The notes beneath the pieces were generated by a model that was not told the origin of the DNA, searched no databases, and saw only the letters and a list, made by a program, of their open reading frames with translations. From IMG/VR virus record IMGVR_UViG_3300025133_000034: a stretch of 64,000 bases of DNA; one strand, 5' to 3'. Positions 28,179 to 37,989 of this stretch are shown here, one piece after another. Numbering within the stretch: the first letter of the stretch is position 1; each line of letters starts with the position of its first letter. The stretch comes from an uncultured virus (IMG/VR IMGVR_UViG_3300025133_000034) (taxonomy: Duplodnaviria > Heunggongvirae > Uroviricota > Caudoviricetes). Position numbers and translations under genes: made by a program.

Positions 28179-28206
28179 ATAATAACAACTCTAAAATAAA
28201 AGTAAA
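28179..28206 (-). promoter_or_regulatory. sigma70-like promoter of SSB
   Basis: TTTACT-N16-TATTAT. Confidence 0.55.
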
Positions 28207-28210
28207 TAAT

Positions 28211-29044
28211 TTATTCTATTTTTTGTTCTTGTATGAAAGATGCATAATGCGTAGAATAAATGTAGTTGTGTTCATAGGAAGTTGAAAATATGGAAAAATT
28301 CGCCGCAATATTTTTTTCGGCTTTTTGGTTTACGAAAGCTCGAATTTTGTGTAGAATCTCTTTATCTTCCTCTATTGAGTTTTCGTTGATACCATAAAAA
28401 TATTTTTTTAATCGAGGATACTGTAGATCGTAAAACATATTTTCTTTATTGGTTTCGTAGTTTACCACTCCAAGTGTGGCTATTCTTGCTGTGATAGGCC
28501 GCGGTGATGCTGTCGTCAACAGCGGTTCCGTATTATCAAAAACATTTAACATATGATATGTACTGGAAATTATATTATTAATATCACTCCAATAAGACTT
28601 GATAGAGATACCATCAATAGCCCTCTCAACCAGTTGATTGGAGACGATATATACATCTTTTAGCAATGCTGACCTAGCATAGTGTTGTAAAATGCCAAAC
28701 GTAGCTCGGTCCTTCAGCTTTTGCTCATGGCTTAAATTTGCTAGATCTGACTTAATATATATCACAGTAACAGGGCTGTCTTTTATCTGCTGCAAAACTC
28801 TCAGTGCACAGCCGCTTATATTGCCAGTACCGCATAGAATAAAGGTTGTTTCTCCTTTACATTTTGATAGTTTTAATTTCTTATAGTTTTTTTCATAATC
28901 CTCGTGACTATTTTGATGTTCTACCTGTAAGAAAGTAGGATATCCTTTATCCTCTACATCAATGCAAAAAACTTGATATTGTTCATAATTTTGAAAGGTT
29001 TTGGCTATCTGGCAGCCGGCGTTCCCTAGACCAACTATGTTCAT
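28211..29044 (-). CDS. tubulin/FtsZ-like protein, divergent
   Basis: IVGLGNAGCQIA (T1 loop), CGTGNISG (degenerate GGGTGSG), IVSNQ, WSDINNII. Confidence 0.72.
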   Translation of the reverse strand: MNIVGLGNAGCQIAKTFQNYEQYQVFCIDVEDKGYPTFLQVEHQNSHEDYEKNYKKLKLSKCKGETTFILCGTGNISGCALRVLQQIKDSPVTVIYIKSDLANLSHEQKLKDRATFGILQHYARSALLKDVYIVSNQLVERAIDGISIKSYWSDINNIISSTYHMLNVFDNTEPLLTTASPRPITARIATLGVVNYETNKENMFYDLQYPRLKKYFYGINENSIEEDKEILHKIRAFVNQKAEKNIAANFSIFSTSYEHNYIYSTHYASFIQEQKIE

Positions 29045-30219
29045 GTTATTTTCCTCATCGTACCGAAATTTTTACCCATACTTAGATTTGTTTTGAAGTA
29101 GCCGAGCTTTGTATCTGAAAATCGTTTCATCAAGTTGGGCAGTAGCTCTCTGTCTTCCTTGCTATAATCAATTACCAAGCTATCGTGGATACAAAAACTT
29201 ACCGAAGAGGTCTTTCCCTCTAGTGCTTTTTCAACCTCAATAGCTGAAGTTAAAAAAAGGTCGCTTGTTGTACTCTGTATTAAGTAGTTCACAGCTTTAT
29301 CTTGATCAACAGCTATGTCGCGGGCGAAGGGTGTCTGTACAATACCATTACTATAGTATTTATCATACAGCGCGTCGCGATTTAGATAATTATTCAATTT
29401 TTTGTTTTTGGCCTTGGGGTTATAGAGCCACGCAAAAACTTTCTTCTTGCTCTGGTCGCGAGTATATTTATTATCAAATATGTTGGCTGCAATCCATTCA
29501 TGAATGTCCCCATCCGGCTGGTCCTGGCCTAGAAGAGAAAACAGAACTCTAAGTTCAGCAGCATTGAAATCCAGCTCCACAAAGCAGTCGTTTCTTGGCT
29601 GCAGCACCGGTCTTAACTCCTTGTTCAAAGTCAGGATGGGAAAGCTATTTTTTGTGGTAGTTAGCCTACCGGTGACAGTCCCCCATGGATTGTATCTGAC
29701 ATACCTAGGGGAATTCTTAACTTTTGAAAATATATTTCTAACTTGGCTGTTTGTCATGTCTAGATTTTTATAGTTAACCAACAGGGGGCGCGATTCTAAC
29801 TTCTTAAGAAAAAGAATAAGCTCTACCATAAAATCATGGTTCATGGGCTTCGTCTCCAGTTCGAATACGCATGCGCTGATTTTATTTTTTAAAGCACAGA
29901 ACTGCTTTAAGAAATTTTCTGGTAATAGATCATAAAAGCACACATCGTCTAAGTCAACTTTACTGTTCTTAAAAGAGTTTACAAAAGCAGCGATTCTCTT
30001 GTTGATATATCCCCATTCTTCTTTGAGTTCATCCGGACAGCAATCACTTAACGTCTTTCCGTGAGCCCATATGCTGGCATACTCCAAATCGCAGTCACTT
30101 AAAGCCAAGGTCGGAGCCCAAGTGCTAGTAAGGTCGACTTGCTTATAATCATCTCTAAAATGTCCATCTATGTATAGAGAATTGCATTCATTTTTTTTAT
30201 CAAGCAACTGGAAAAGCAA
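29041..30219 (-). CDS. compact family A DNA polymerase-like protein
   Basis: GTVTGRL, ELDFNAAELR (motif A), DIH, RDQSK..VFAWLY (motif B), NYLIQSTTSD, IHDS (motif C). Confidence 0.85.
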   Translation of the reverse strand: MLFQLLDKKNECNSLYIDGHFRDDYKQVDLTSTWAPTLALSDCDLEYASIWAHGKTLSDCCPDELKEEWGYINKRIAAFVNSFKNSKVDLDDVCFYDLLPENFLKQFCALKNKISACVFELETKPMNHDFMVELILFLKKLESRPLLVNYKNLDMTNSQVRNIFSKVKNSPRYVRYNPWGTVTGRLTTTKNSFPILTLNKELRPVLQPRNDCFVELDFNAAELRVLFSLLGQDQPDGDIHEWIAANIFDNKYTRDQSKKKVFAWLYNPKAKNKKLNNYLNRDALYDKYYSNGIVQTPFARDIAVDQDKAVNYLIQSTTSDLFLTSAIEVEKALEGKTSSVSFCIHDSLVIDYSKEDRELLPNLMKRFSDTKLGYFKTNLSMGKNFGTMRKIT

Positions 30220-30231
30220 AACATGACTCGT

Positions 30232-31557
30232 CTATTTTATAATATTCTTGGTTCCTATGAGGGCTGTCCTAACCAAATCCGGATTTATTGCCAACTCAAT
30301 CGCTTTTTTTCTGCCTTGCTGATATTCTTGTTCTTCAAAGCCATTCCAAAAAGTCCCTCTTTGTACAAAGTTAGGAACAAAAAACCCTTTTGTCAAGTCA
30401 TTAATATATTTTAATGCGGCGGCGTCGCCGAGGGTGCGTTTGTTATCCAACATCTCATCAGCAAAAAAACGAAAATTACTTGGTGTGTGTGCACGGCGCG
30501 TCTCTTTTAATCTTAATTTAAGAATTATCTTTAACCAGTATTCGTAGTGTTCTTCCCCGCTCATGTCCTGCGGAAAATCTCTAGGCTTGCGTGTACTTAT
30601 AACCCTAAGATTATAAGAGTCTCTATTTTTAGTACACTTAGTATAAGCGGCCACTTCGTAGGTGCCATATTGTTTATAAAAACTATCATAAAGAGAATAA
30701 AACAAATTTGCTATGTTCACCATCTCTGCCAAATAAGCCTTTCTGTAGTAGAATTTAAATACATTTTCATAGTTGACACCAAATCTTTCCATGAATCTCT
30801 GTGCACCAGCTGCTTTGCCTGGGAGAGGAGCGGATCCGGTCCACCCGGAAGCCAGATTAAAAACTAATCTCCATGGAGCATTTTTATCAACCATAAATCC
30901 AAATTTCTTTGCCTCGTTGACAATAAATAAGAAGTTTGGATCATTGACATATTTCATAACCATGGTATTAGTAGCGATGCCATGGTTCTGGCCGGCGATC
31001 TCAAACATGAGGCCACTTACGAAAGGACTACAATGTCTTGACACAATAAATCCAGTTTTTGTAATCGGAAAATTGTACGCAGCTGCAATCGCATAATTAA
31101 GAAACTCTTTAATAAAAGTTTTATGGTCTTTTATTTTTTCATGTCGGCGATCTTTTTCAAGATAATTATTGACAAAATCAACGTAAATTTTATTAATGTA
31201 TTGATTATAATTATATTCTAAATCACGGTGGTCCCAGGCCTTGTAAGCCTTTAGATTAGTAGGAAAAACACCGTTCCTATTAAGAAAGTTTTTGTCTGAA
31301 GCCTTCTTTACGTTTTGTCGAAAGTCAGAGAACGCCTCACTAACAAAATCAGCAGCAAAATGAGTCTGTTTTTTCCCAGAATAAATTTGTTTTAAGTTTG
31401 AGTCTTCCAAATAAACAACATCACCATCAGGATCGATCCGACCATAAAACAAATGTTCTCTTTCAAGATCGAAATTCTTAATACCAGGTAACTTAGGATA
31501 AAAGTTGCCTAAATTAAGTTTTGATTCGAACATGGATTCGGTAAGATTTTTAGTCAT
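30232..31557 (-). CDS. hypothetical protein at the end of the tail operon
   Basis: 441-aa ORF coupled to the upstream gene. Confidence 0.75.
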   Translation of the reverse strand: MTKNLTESMFESKLNLGNFYPKLPGIKNFDLEREHLFYGRIDPDGDVVYLEDSNLKQIYSGKKQTHFAADFVSEAFSDFRQNVKKASDKNFLNRNGVFPTNLKAYKAWDHRDLEYNYNQYINKIYVDFVNNYLEKDRRHEKIKDHKTFIKEFLNYAIAAAYNFPITKTGFIVSRHCSPFVSGLMFEIAGQNHGIATNTMVMKYVNDPNFLFIVNEAKKFGFMVDKNAPWRLVFNLASGWTGSAPLPGKAAGAQRFMERFGVNYENVFKFYYRKAYLAEMVNIANLFYSLYDSFYKQYGTYEVAAYTKCTKNRDSYNLRVISTRKPRDFPQDMSGEEHYEYWLKIILKLRLKETRRAHTPSNFRFFADEMLDNKRTLGDAAALKYINDLTKGFFVPNFVQRGTFWNGFEEQEYQQGRKKAIELAINPDLVRTALIGTKNIIK

Positions 31558-34421
31558 TACTTAGGTCTTCCTTGGAATGTTTGTTTGCCCTCTATTTTAG
31601 TCGTGTAGGTTCCTTTTCGAATAGTACTTGTCACGGTCTGCACGATGTGATACCCCCCTAAGCCAAGCTGGTATGACACTGACCTTGCATCTTCAACATT
31701 TCCCAGCCCTAACATGCTAGGATTAACATAATAATACATACCAGGTACAAATAAAGAAGTGCCAATTAAATCTAAATTAGTGTCAAAAGGGAACATCAAC
31801 TGGCCGAGAGGATCAGCACCTTGATCTCTAGCAATTTTCCATTTGGCCTCTGCCAAGCCCGTTATAGACACCTTGTTAAAATCCATGGTTTTTAATAAGC
31901 CATTGTCAGAGCCGATGTTGAAATGATAGATTCCGTCTTTAAGATCTTCAATAGGGTTTCCAGTTCTTTCCATCATGTCCTTAGCTGTGGTTGTGCGTAT
32001 CAAAAGATAATCATGTGAAGTTTTTATCATCGTCTCAGATGATTGGCCGGCGATGAGCCTGTTCAAATAGGCCTCTCTAAATACTGAACCATCTACGTTC
32101 AATACTCTGTGAAGGGGAAGCGTTTCTTCTATCCTTCCTACAATCCTGCCACAGATTTCTACTGGGTCTTCACCGGTTTGCTTGCCCGGTAGTGTGAGGG
32201 CCTGTATGGCAGATCTGGTTCTTGACGGCTTGACACTACTGGGCATGCCAGCTCCCAAGGCCGGCATAATTAACTTATTCATGCACTCAATTAGGAAACC
32301 CCCAAGAGACATCGCAGGACTCTTTTTCCTAATGATACGCTTCGTAAACCATGACCTAAAATAGTTAAAGGATATGGGGAACTGGGCTAGATTAATATTT
32401 TTTATTACTCCAGTTTCAGGATCAGTATATTCAAGGGGGCCAAGCAACACGCGGGTTTGGCCTAGGCCATAATTACGTCCAGCTTCTTTATTTATATCCC
32501 CCCTTTTTTTCCCGTATCCGTAGTAAGTATTAGGAGGAAAAGGCGGGTATGATGGGGCGGTTGAAGCCTCCCCTCCTACCTCCTCTTCGTTAATTAAATC
32601 CAAAGCTTTAAAGCCGGCATTCTTACATGCCAATTCTATGATGTCACCAAAATAAATAAAATAAAATTTATAATTTTCTCCATCAAAATTAAGCGTTGTT
32701 TTACGGCTAGGGTCTTTTTTTTCTTTGTTTATATCTTCAACTCGATTAGCCTCTAGTGAAGAGATATCTTGCGCGACGGTCTCCTGTAACGCGGCGTCCT
32801 TTTGGATTGCTTTATTGCATCGATCAATTTTAATTTTAGAACTGCCGCGAGGGACAGCAGTTGTGCCACCAGTCATAATTTGTTGCATGGCATCGCTATA
32901 GCTGACTCCTTGTTTGGTCAGCTCATCTAAAGTTGCAATCGGTTGGTTGTCAGGTGGAGGCTCGACGGCGCCTAAATACTTAACAACTTCCTCTTTTGGC
33001 ACGTTGATACAGAACAGCCTAGTTTCTGGGTCCAACTCGTCGCGGGCATCATTACCGGTTATTAGTTGGTCTACGAATGTTTTATATACATCCTTTTTAA
33101 ATCCGCCGACACGGCGACGGATAAGAGCAAGCATTCTATTAGAATTTATAGCCTGTTTAAACCATAAGAATATATCCTCGCCATTCCCCACTACCTTGAC
33201 GACCCCTCTGTTTTCAGTTACCGCAGGACCTCCGGCTTCGCGATAAATAGATGAAAATATTGTATCACTTTTTAAAACTTGCAAGAGTTTTTTTCTAGAC
33301 GAGCATTTATCATTTCGGCAGTGAGTTTGGTTTAGTTCTTTAAAAAACTCATGTATCATGGATTGAATCTTGAAAATGTGTGCTGGATTATTCTTCGGGT
33401 CGACCGATTTTGATATCTTCTCCTTGCCGCCGTGGCCAAGACGCATAGTATCTTGAAAAATATTAACTGAGTTGGTGCCAACTATTGTTTCTAGTCTCCC
33501 TCGGTAATTAGCTGTCAGGGTGACTTGCCCCTGTTCACCTATGCCTATTTTATAATCGACCAAGGAAAGAGAAACTATAGTATTTAGTTTTTCGATATGA
33601 CTAAGCATTTCAACCTCTTTCAGTGTCAGGTTCAGCCCCTCTAAAGCCTGCTTGCTGGGTGCTGAATAGCCAATCATAGCTTTTATCTCGTAATGCAGTG
33701 GATTATGCGTCTCGGCGTCCTTAACGTATCTGGCGGGTGGCCATAATATTAGATCGACGTATCTGAGGCCGCCCTTCTCCGGATGTGGTTCACCAGGTGG
33801 TTGTGCCGTTAGGTCTTTCAAGGATTTAAAAGTAAGTTTCAAAGAACACTGTATATTCTGCTCTAAAATACCTTCTGATTTGCCATCATGTATAATAGAG
33901 AAGGATTCTAAACCAACATTTCGATAAGAAGGCTTCGTGCTTTCATAATTCAAATAATCTTGTACAGTTGCTGCAGTTTCCTGACCAAAATTATCAGAAA
34001 ATTTAAATTCTTTGTAGCAAGGAAAGGGTAGTCTTTGTATCTTGCCTTCATCCGGTGTGCCATCTTCTGCAAAGCCGGCCTCTTCATGACTAACCTTATA
34101 AATCCTCACTTTTGGCATCATAAGCGAGAGAACCGAGGTCTTCACTTTATTGAAAACCTCAATGTTTTCAATTCCTCTCAGCTTGTTGACCATCTGGGTG
34201 CCGTCGCCGTTGACCTGTCTAAAAGTTTGATAATTAAACAACTCCCTTCTAGAATTAAAATAATTGGCAGCCTTTTCAATGTTTTGACTTAATATATATT
34301 GCTCAATGTTACCACGTGTTCTGTTATCATTAGTTAATGATTTTTGATCGCGGACTCGTGCTGTGGACTTATTTGGAGTGAGCGCCGCGGATCCTCCCGG
34401 GCTTGTAATATCTTGTGACAT
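31557..34421 (-). CDS. large baseplate hub-like protein
   Basis: Position after the wedge-like gene; C-terminal LIGTSLFVPGMYYYV...GGYHIVQTVTSTI...YTTKIEG typical of hub proteins. Confidence 0.6.
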   Translation of the reverse strand: MSQDITSPGGSAALTPNKSTARVRDQKSLTNDNRTRGNIEQYILSQNIEKAANYFNSRRELFNYQTFRQVNGDGTQMVNKLRGIENIEVFNKVKTSVLSLMMPKVRIYKVSHEEAGFAEDGTPDEGKIQRLPFPCYKEFKFSDNFGQETAATVQDYLNYESTKPSYRNVGLESFSIIHDGKSEGILEQNIQCSLKLTFKSLKDLTAQPPGEPHPEKGGLRYVDLILWPPARYVKDAETHNPLHYEIKAMIGYSAPSKQALEGLNLTLKEVEMLSHIEKLNTIVSLSLVDYKIGIGEQGQVTLTANYRGRLETIVGTNSVNIFQDTMRLGHGGKEKISKSVDPKNNPAHIFKIQSMIHEFFKELNQTHCRNDKCSSRKKLLQVLKSDTIFSSIYREAGGPAVTENRGVVKVVGNGEDIFLWFKQAINSNRMLALIRRRVGGFKKDVYKTFVDQLITGNDARDELDPETRLFCINVPKEEVVKYLGAVEPPPDNQPIATLDELTKQGVSYSDAMQQIMTGGTTAVPRGSSKIKIDRCNKAIQKDAALQETVAQDISSLEANRVEDINKEKKDPSRKTTLNFDGENYKFYFIYFGDIIELACKNAGFKALDLINEEEVGGEASTAPSYPPFPPNTYYGYGKKRGDINKEAGRNYGLGQTRVLLGPLEYTDPETGVIKNINLAQFPISFNYFRSWFTKRIIRKKSPAMSLGGFLIECMNKLIMPALGAGMPSSVKPSRTRSAIQALTLPGKQTGEDPVEICGRIVGRIEETLPLHRVLNVDGSVFREAYLNRLIAGQSSETMIKTSHDYLLIRTTTAKDMMERTGNPIEDLKDGIYHFNIGSDNGLLKTMDFNKVSITGLAEAKWKIARDQGADPLGQLMFPFDTNLDLIGTSLFVPGMYYYVNPSMLGLGNVEDARSVSYQLGLGGYHIVQTVTSTIRKGTYTTKIEGKQTFQGRPK

Positions 34422-34422
34422 A

Positions 34423-34758
34423 TTAATAACCTATAGTATATAAGAAAGATTCTAATGGCATTGGTATGAATAAGACGTCTCCTAAATTTAGATGAAATTC
34501 TGTTGGTTTTTGATTATAAAAAGCTATTGCCCACCACATAGTAGGGTCTCCATAATATTCTTCGGCCAGCTTAAAATATCTATCTCCAGTTGACCATATG
34601 TGTTTTTTTGTAGAAAAGTTTGTTCTTGCCTGCAGGTCTGTGGGATATCGTAGTTTCGGGGTTTCGTATTGTTTAACAGATTTTATACCCCGATTTTTCA
34701 AAAATTTCTTGTAAGGTTCGTTATCGTTGACAAAAACTGATTGATTTTTATATCTCAT
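34423..34758 (-). CDS. LysM / tail-X-like baseplate wedge protein (gp53-like)
   Basis: GDRYFKLAEEYYGDPTMWWAIAFYN...GDVLFIP. Confidence 0.85.
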   Translation of the reverse strand: MRYKNQSVFVNDNEPYKKFLKNRGIKSVKQYETPKLRYPTDLQARTNFSTKKHIWSTGDRYFKLAEEYYGDPTMWWAIAFYNQKPTEFHLNLGDVLFIPMPLESFLYTIGY

Positions 34759-34776
34759 AATGTATTGTCTCCATGT

Positions 34777-35796
34777 CTATATACCAGTACCGGCTGTGTC
34801 CATTGGCTCATCGCTTATAAGTGAAACCTTGCTAGCTATAGAAGTAGCAGTATCCCACCACGACTCCTCGACGCCTACGTCCTCATCAGTATCACTAATT
34901 ATTGTCTGAGAGGCATTCGTTTGCTGTGCTTCCGGGCTGCCCGGGGAAGGAGGAGCGGCGCCTTCTGGTATACTAGTATCGCCATAAAGATCCCCAACAG
35001 GGTCCAGACTGAGTTCATCCTTCGTGTCCCTCACCAATCCAAATTTGTATGGGTACCCGGCACCTTCTTTGGCGCCTCTCCATTTTCCAGTATCATGATC
35101 CCAACCTAGAGAGTGGTCATGAACAACAGTCAACGAGAACCCTAATTTTATAGATTTAGGAATTAATATTTTTTCTCCATCTCTTACGTAATTGTCGAAA
35201 CCGGCTGCTTTAATCAATTGGCCGGCCGTTGTACCGCCAGACATTCTCATCCCGGAGGCGATAGCGCCGATAACACCTTGTTTCAAATCGTGTGTTACGG
35301 ACACCCCCTTAATCACACATAGTATACCTTGACCGCCTGAGGTCATTGAACTTATTAAATTTCCATATCTAACTCTGAACATGGGAGTCGCGGATACAGA
35401 CGTAGTTGTTAGTTTACTGCGATATGTTGGGTAAAGAGCGGCCAAAAACCAGCTTAGATTGTTTAAGTTATCCAGTCCTTTTGCCACCGAACTAGATGGT
35501 AGGTCAACACTTAATCGGATGGTTCTGCTATTGCCCTTCCAAATTTGATATGGGTCTGGCCGGCCAAATGGCTGACTTGCCTGGAAGCTAACACCAAATC
35601 TGTCAGTGATTCTCCCTAGATAAGCCAGAAACTGAATAACCGGAGGGTTTTTAATATGAACTGGTATAATTTCTAGTATGGTACCGGATCTAGCAGCGCT
35701 GCTATTATTAAAGTCGCGCTTTTTAAACTTAACATTTTGAAAACCTTGCTTCTCTCCGCCGTGGGCTCCTATTTCTGTTTGAAAAAATTTAGGCAT
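34777..35796 (-). CDS. tail tube initiator / baseplate protein
   Basis: FGRPDP..IW...RTIRL, P.FRVRYG; follows the tape measure gene. Confidence 0.65.
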   Translation of the reverse strand: MPKFFQTEIGAHGGEKQGFQNVKFKKRDFNNSSAARSGTILEIIPVHIKNPPVIQFLAYLGRITDRFGVSFQASQPFGRPDPYQIWKGNSRTIRLSVDLPSSSVAKGLDNLNNLSWFLAALYPTYRSKLTTTSVSATPMFRVRYGNLISSMTSGGQGILCVIKGVSVTHDLKQGVIGAIASGMRMSGGTTAGQLIKAAGFDNYVRDGEKILIPKSIKLGFSLTVVHDHSLGWDHDTGKWRGAKEGAGYPYKFGLVRDTKDELSLDPVGDLYGDTSIPEGAAPPSPGSPEAQQTNASQTIISDTDEDVGVEESWWDTATSIASKVSLISDEPMDTAGTGI

Positions 35797-35808
35797 ACTT
35801 CTTGTTCC

Positions 35809-37923
35809 TTATAGTCCCGCCGTTGGTAAGTTTCTAGCTTTTCTATTCATTTCTTCTTTGACTCTTGTGGCAGCCTTGGAAGAAGTCTTTTGAGTAATAG
35901 TATCGATTGTCTTGCCATCCAAGTTTAGGTTTGTAGTGATATCAGCTTGCAGCAGGGTACCATCTTTTATAGCGCTAACCAATTCCATTATCTGGCGATT
36001 TTGCTCTGTATCCCCGGTACCGGCTCTTGTGCGCTCCGTGGCTAGATCTAATAACCCTCTTCTTTCAGATGCCGGAAAGGCTTCTGCCGTTTTCGCTTTA
36101 GGCGTGGCGCCGACTGCCTCAGCTAGCTGCGGAGCAAAGATGCCCACGCCGGCAGTGAGGCCCAAGGGGATGGCACTTTCGACAGCTTCTTTAATATTTC
36201 CCTTGCCCAAGGCCTCAGCAATATTGCCGGTGCCCTTAACAAGCATCTCAAATGCTGTAACTGTAGCAATTGCTGCAGCTTCCGTATCCTGTACAACACC
36301 TAACACCTGATTGAAGACGCTGAGTATTGCCTGGGCGCCCTTCTCACCAAACTCCTGTGTTCTGTTCATGAACTTGAACATACCGCCCTGTGCCACATCT
36401 TGATTTCTGGTCAGAAGTTCTGTCGTAGTCATAGTGCCCCTGATTCTTTCAGTCATCTCTTGTGTTGATTTAGCAGACAAGTCCATTTTCGATGCCCTTA
36501 CCTCGTAGCCATGGCTGTTTTCTTCGCTCAAAATTTTTGCAGCCTCTTCAATGCTATTGAGCTTTAATGTACCGGCAATTACTTTCTGCATTTCTCTGTC
36601 ATATGCATCAAAAGCGACGCCCTTTTTCTGCCAAGCTTCTTGAATCAATCGTATTTTTTCAGGATGATCAGCGTACTTGAGCTTTTCCATATCAAGAAGG
36701 TTATCTCCAAGCACAGCATTAAACCCTTGCGCCACCTCTGTTGCTCCCTTGAAATCGTCCATCTGATTAGCCCACTCTGTAAGGCCCTTCATGCCTGCCC
36801 CAGTCGCGACTGCCTGGGCCTGCATCCTACTGTATACTTCAATTGATTGTTCGCCATATTGAACAAAGGTACCAAAATTATCGTTATAACCCTGCAGGGC
36901 GCCTTTGAGTGACATGTCGGTACTATCGGCAGATGCTTGTAGCACTGCCATCTGCTTAACTGCTTCCACCTGAGACATGCCTAGGGCTTTTGCATTTTTA
37001 TCAATAAACTCAGCCTGCTTTTCTCTAGTTGCGCCAAGCTTTTCATAGCCGGTAACTTGGTTGGCTATGAAGGCTGCCGCGGCAGGGTCATCCTCAACAA
37101 ACGACGGCCGTATTGCCATAGAAGTATCCAACAAAGTCTTGAGAGTTTTAGAAGTGTCTTCTATATTGCTCCCGACACCCTTAAAGCCGCCACCCCAATC
37201 GGCTATCCTCTTGCTGGCTTCGGGACCAAAGGTACGTTCCAGCCATTGCATGTCTGCAGCGCCGACGGCGACATTTTCAATTTCTTTTGAAACAAAGCCC
37301 AGCTCTTTTCCTATACTTTTAAGACCTTTCTCCCCCTTTGTAAACTGAGCTTTTTGTTCCGCAATCATGCTTTCCATGGCTCGTGGAAAAGAAGCCGCCA
37401 TCATAGCCATGGGGGCATCCATTTCAGAAATAGTCCCCTTCATTGCGGTTGTGACACCCAGGGCAGTCTTACCATACAGGTCGAGCAAATGTTCTGAGTC
37501 TTGTTCTTGCTGTTGAGAAAGTTGAAGTCGAGTTGCGTCAGACTCTTGCGCCATGGCGGCGCGCTCTTCAAATACTTTTTTTGTTATTTCTCTTGTATTC
37601 TGTAAAGCAGAATCTATCTGTGCTTGATTAACCTCATAGGCCGCGGCTCGGGAATTGTTGGTTTCAATCTGCTTTCGAATGCTTTCTTCTTTCTGCTGAT
37701 CATAAACACTCTCTTCTTTCATCTGTTCTAAGCGTAACTTAGCATTATTGGCAATCTGTTGTTGCTGCATACTAGCTTGTTTAAGCTTAGCTAAGTGGGA
37801 CGCGTACAAAGCAAACTGACGCTGCTGGGCTGTAGTCAACTCATCGCCCATGGCCTTAAGCTTTTCAAGCTCAGCCGCTAGTATCTTTGCTTCTTCTGCT
37901 AATTTTTCTGGTGTATCGGCCAT
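35809..37923 (-). CDS. tape measure protein
   Basis: 704 aa, helical, A/Q/M-rich, C-terminal NLNLDGK; follows tail chaperones. Confidence 0.75.
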   Translation of the reverse strand: MADTPEKLAEEAKILAAELEKLKAMGDELTTAQQRQFALYASHLAKLKQASMQQQQIANNAKLRLEQMKEESVYDQQKEESIRKQIETNNSRAAAYEVNQAQIDSALQNTREITKKVFEERAAMAQESDATRLQLSQQQEQDSEHLLDLYGKTALGVTTAMKGTISEMDAPMAMMAASFPRAMESMIAEQKAQFTKGEKGLKSIGKELGFVSKEIENVAVGAADMQWLERTFGPEASKRIADWGGGFKGVGSNIEDTSKTLKTLLDTSMAIRPSFVEDDPAAAAFIANQVTGYEKLGATREKQAEFIDKNAKALGMSQVEAVKQMAVLQASADSTDMSLKGALQGYNDNFGTFVQYGEQSIEVYSRMQAQAVATGAGMKGLTEWANQMDDFKGATEVAQGFNAVLGDNLLDMEKLKYADHPEKIRLIQEAWQKKGVAFDAYDREMQKVIAGTLKLNSIEEAAKILSEENSHGYEVRASKMDLSAKSTQEMTERIRGTMTTTELLTRNQDVAQGGMFKFMNRTQEFGEKGAQAILSVFNQVLGVVQDTEAAAIATVTAFEMLVKGTGNIAEALGKGNIKEAVESAIPLGLTAGVGIFAPQLAEAVGATPKAKTAEAFPASERRGLLDLATERTRAGTGDTEQNRQIMELVSAIKDGTLLQADITTNLNLDGKTIDTITQKTSSKAATRVKEEMNRKARNLPTAGL

Positions 37924-37946
37924 GTATAATATACTCCTAGGCCTAA

Positions 37947-37954
37947 TAAATAGT
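37947..37954 (-). promoter_or_regulatory. putative late promoter ACTATTTA (tape measure)
   Basis: Recurrent intergenic motif upstream of structural genes. Confidence 0.65.
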
Positions 37955-37989
37955 TAGCAAACAGAAATTGAGAGTGACTCGGATGCTTG

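Noticed and set aside
28211..29044. Nucleus-forming jumbo phage inferred from the tubulin-like gene
   Set aside because: No chimallin or multisubunit RNA polymerase is recognisable here, and the virion genes are T4-like rather than phiKZ-like
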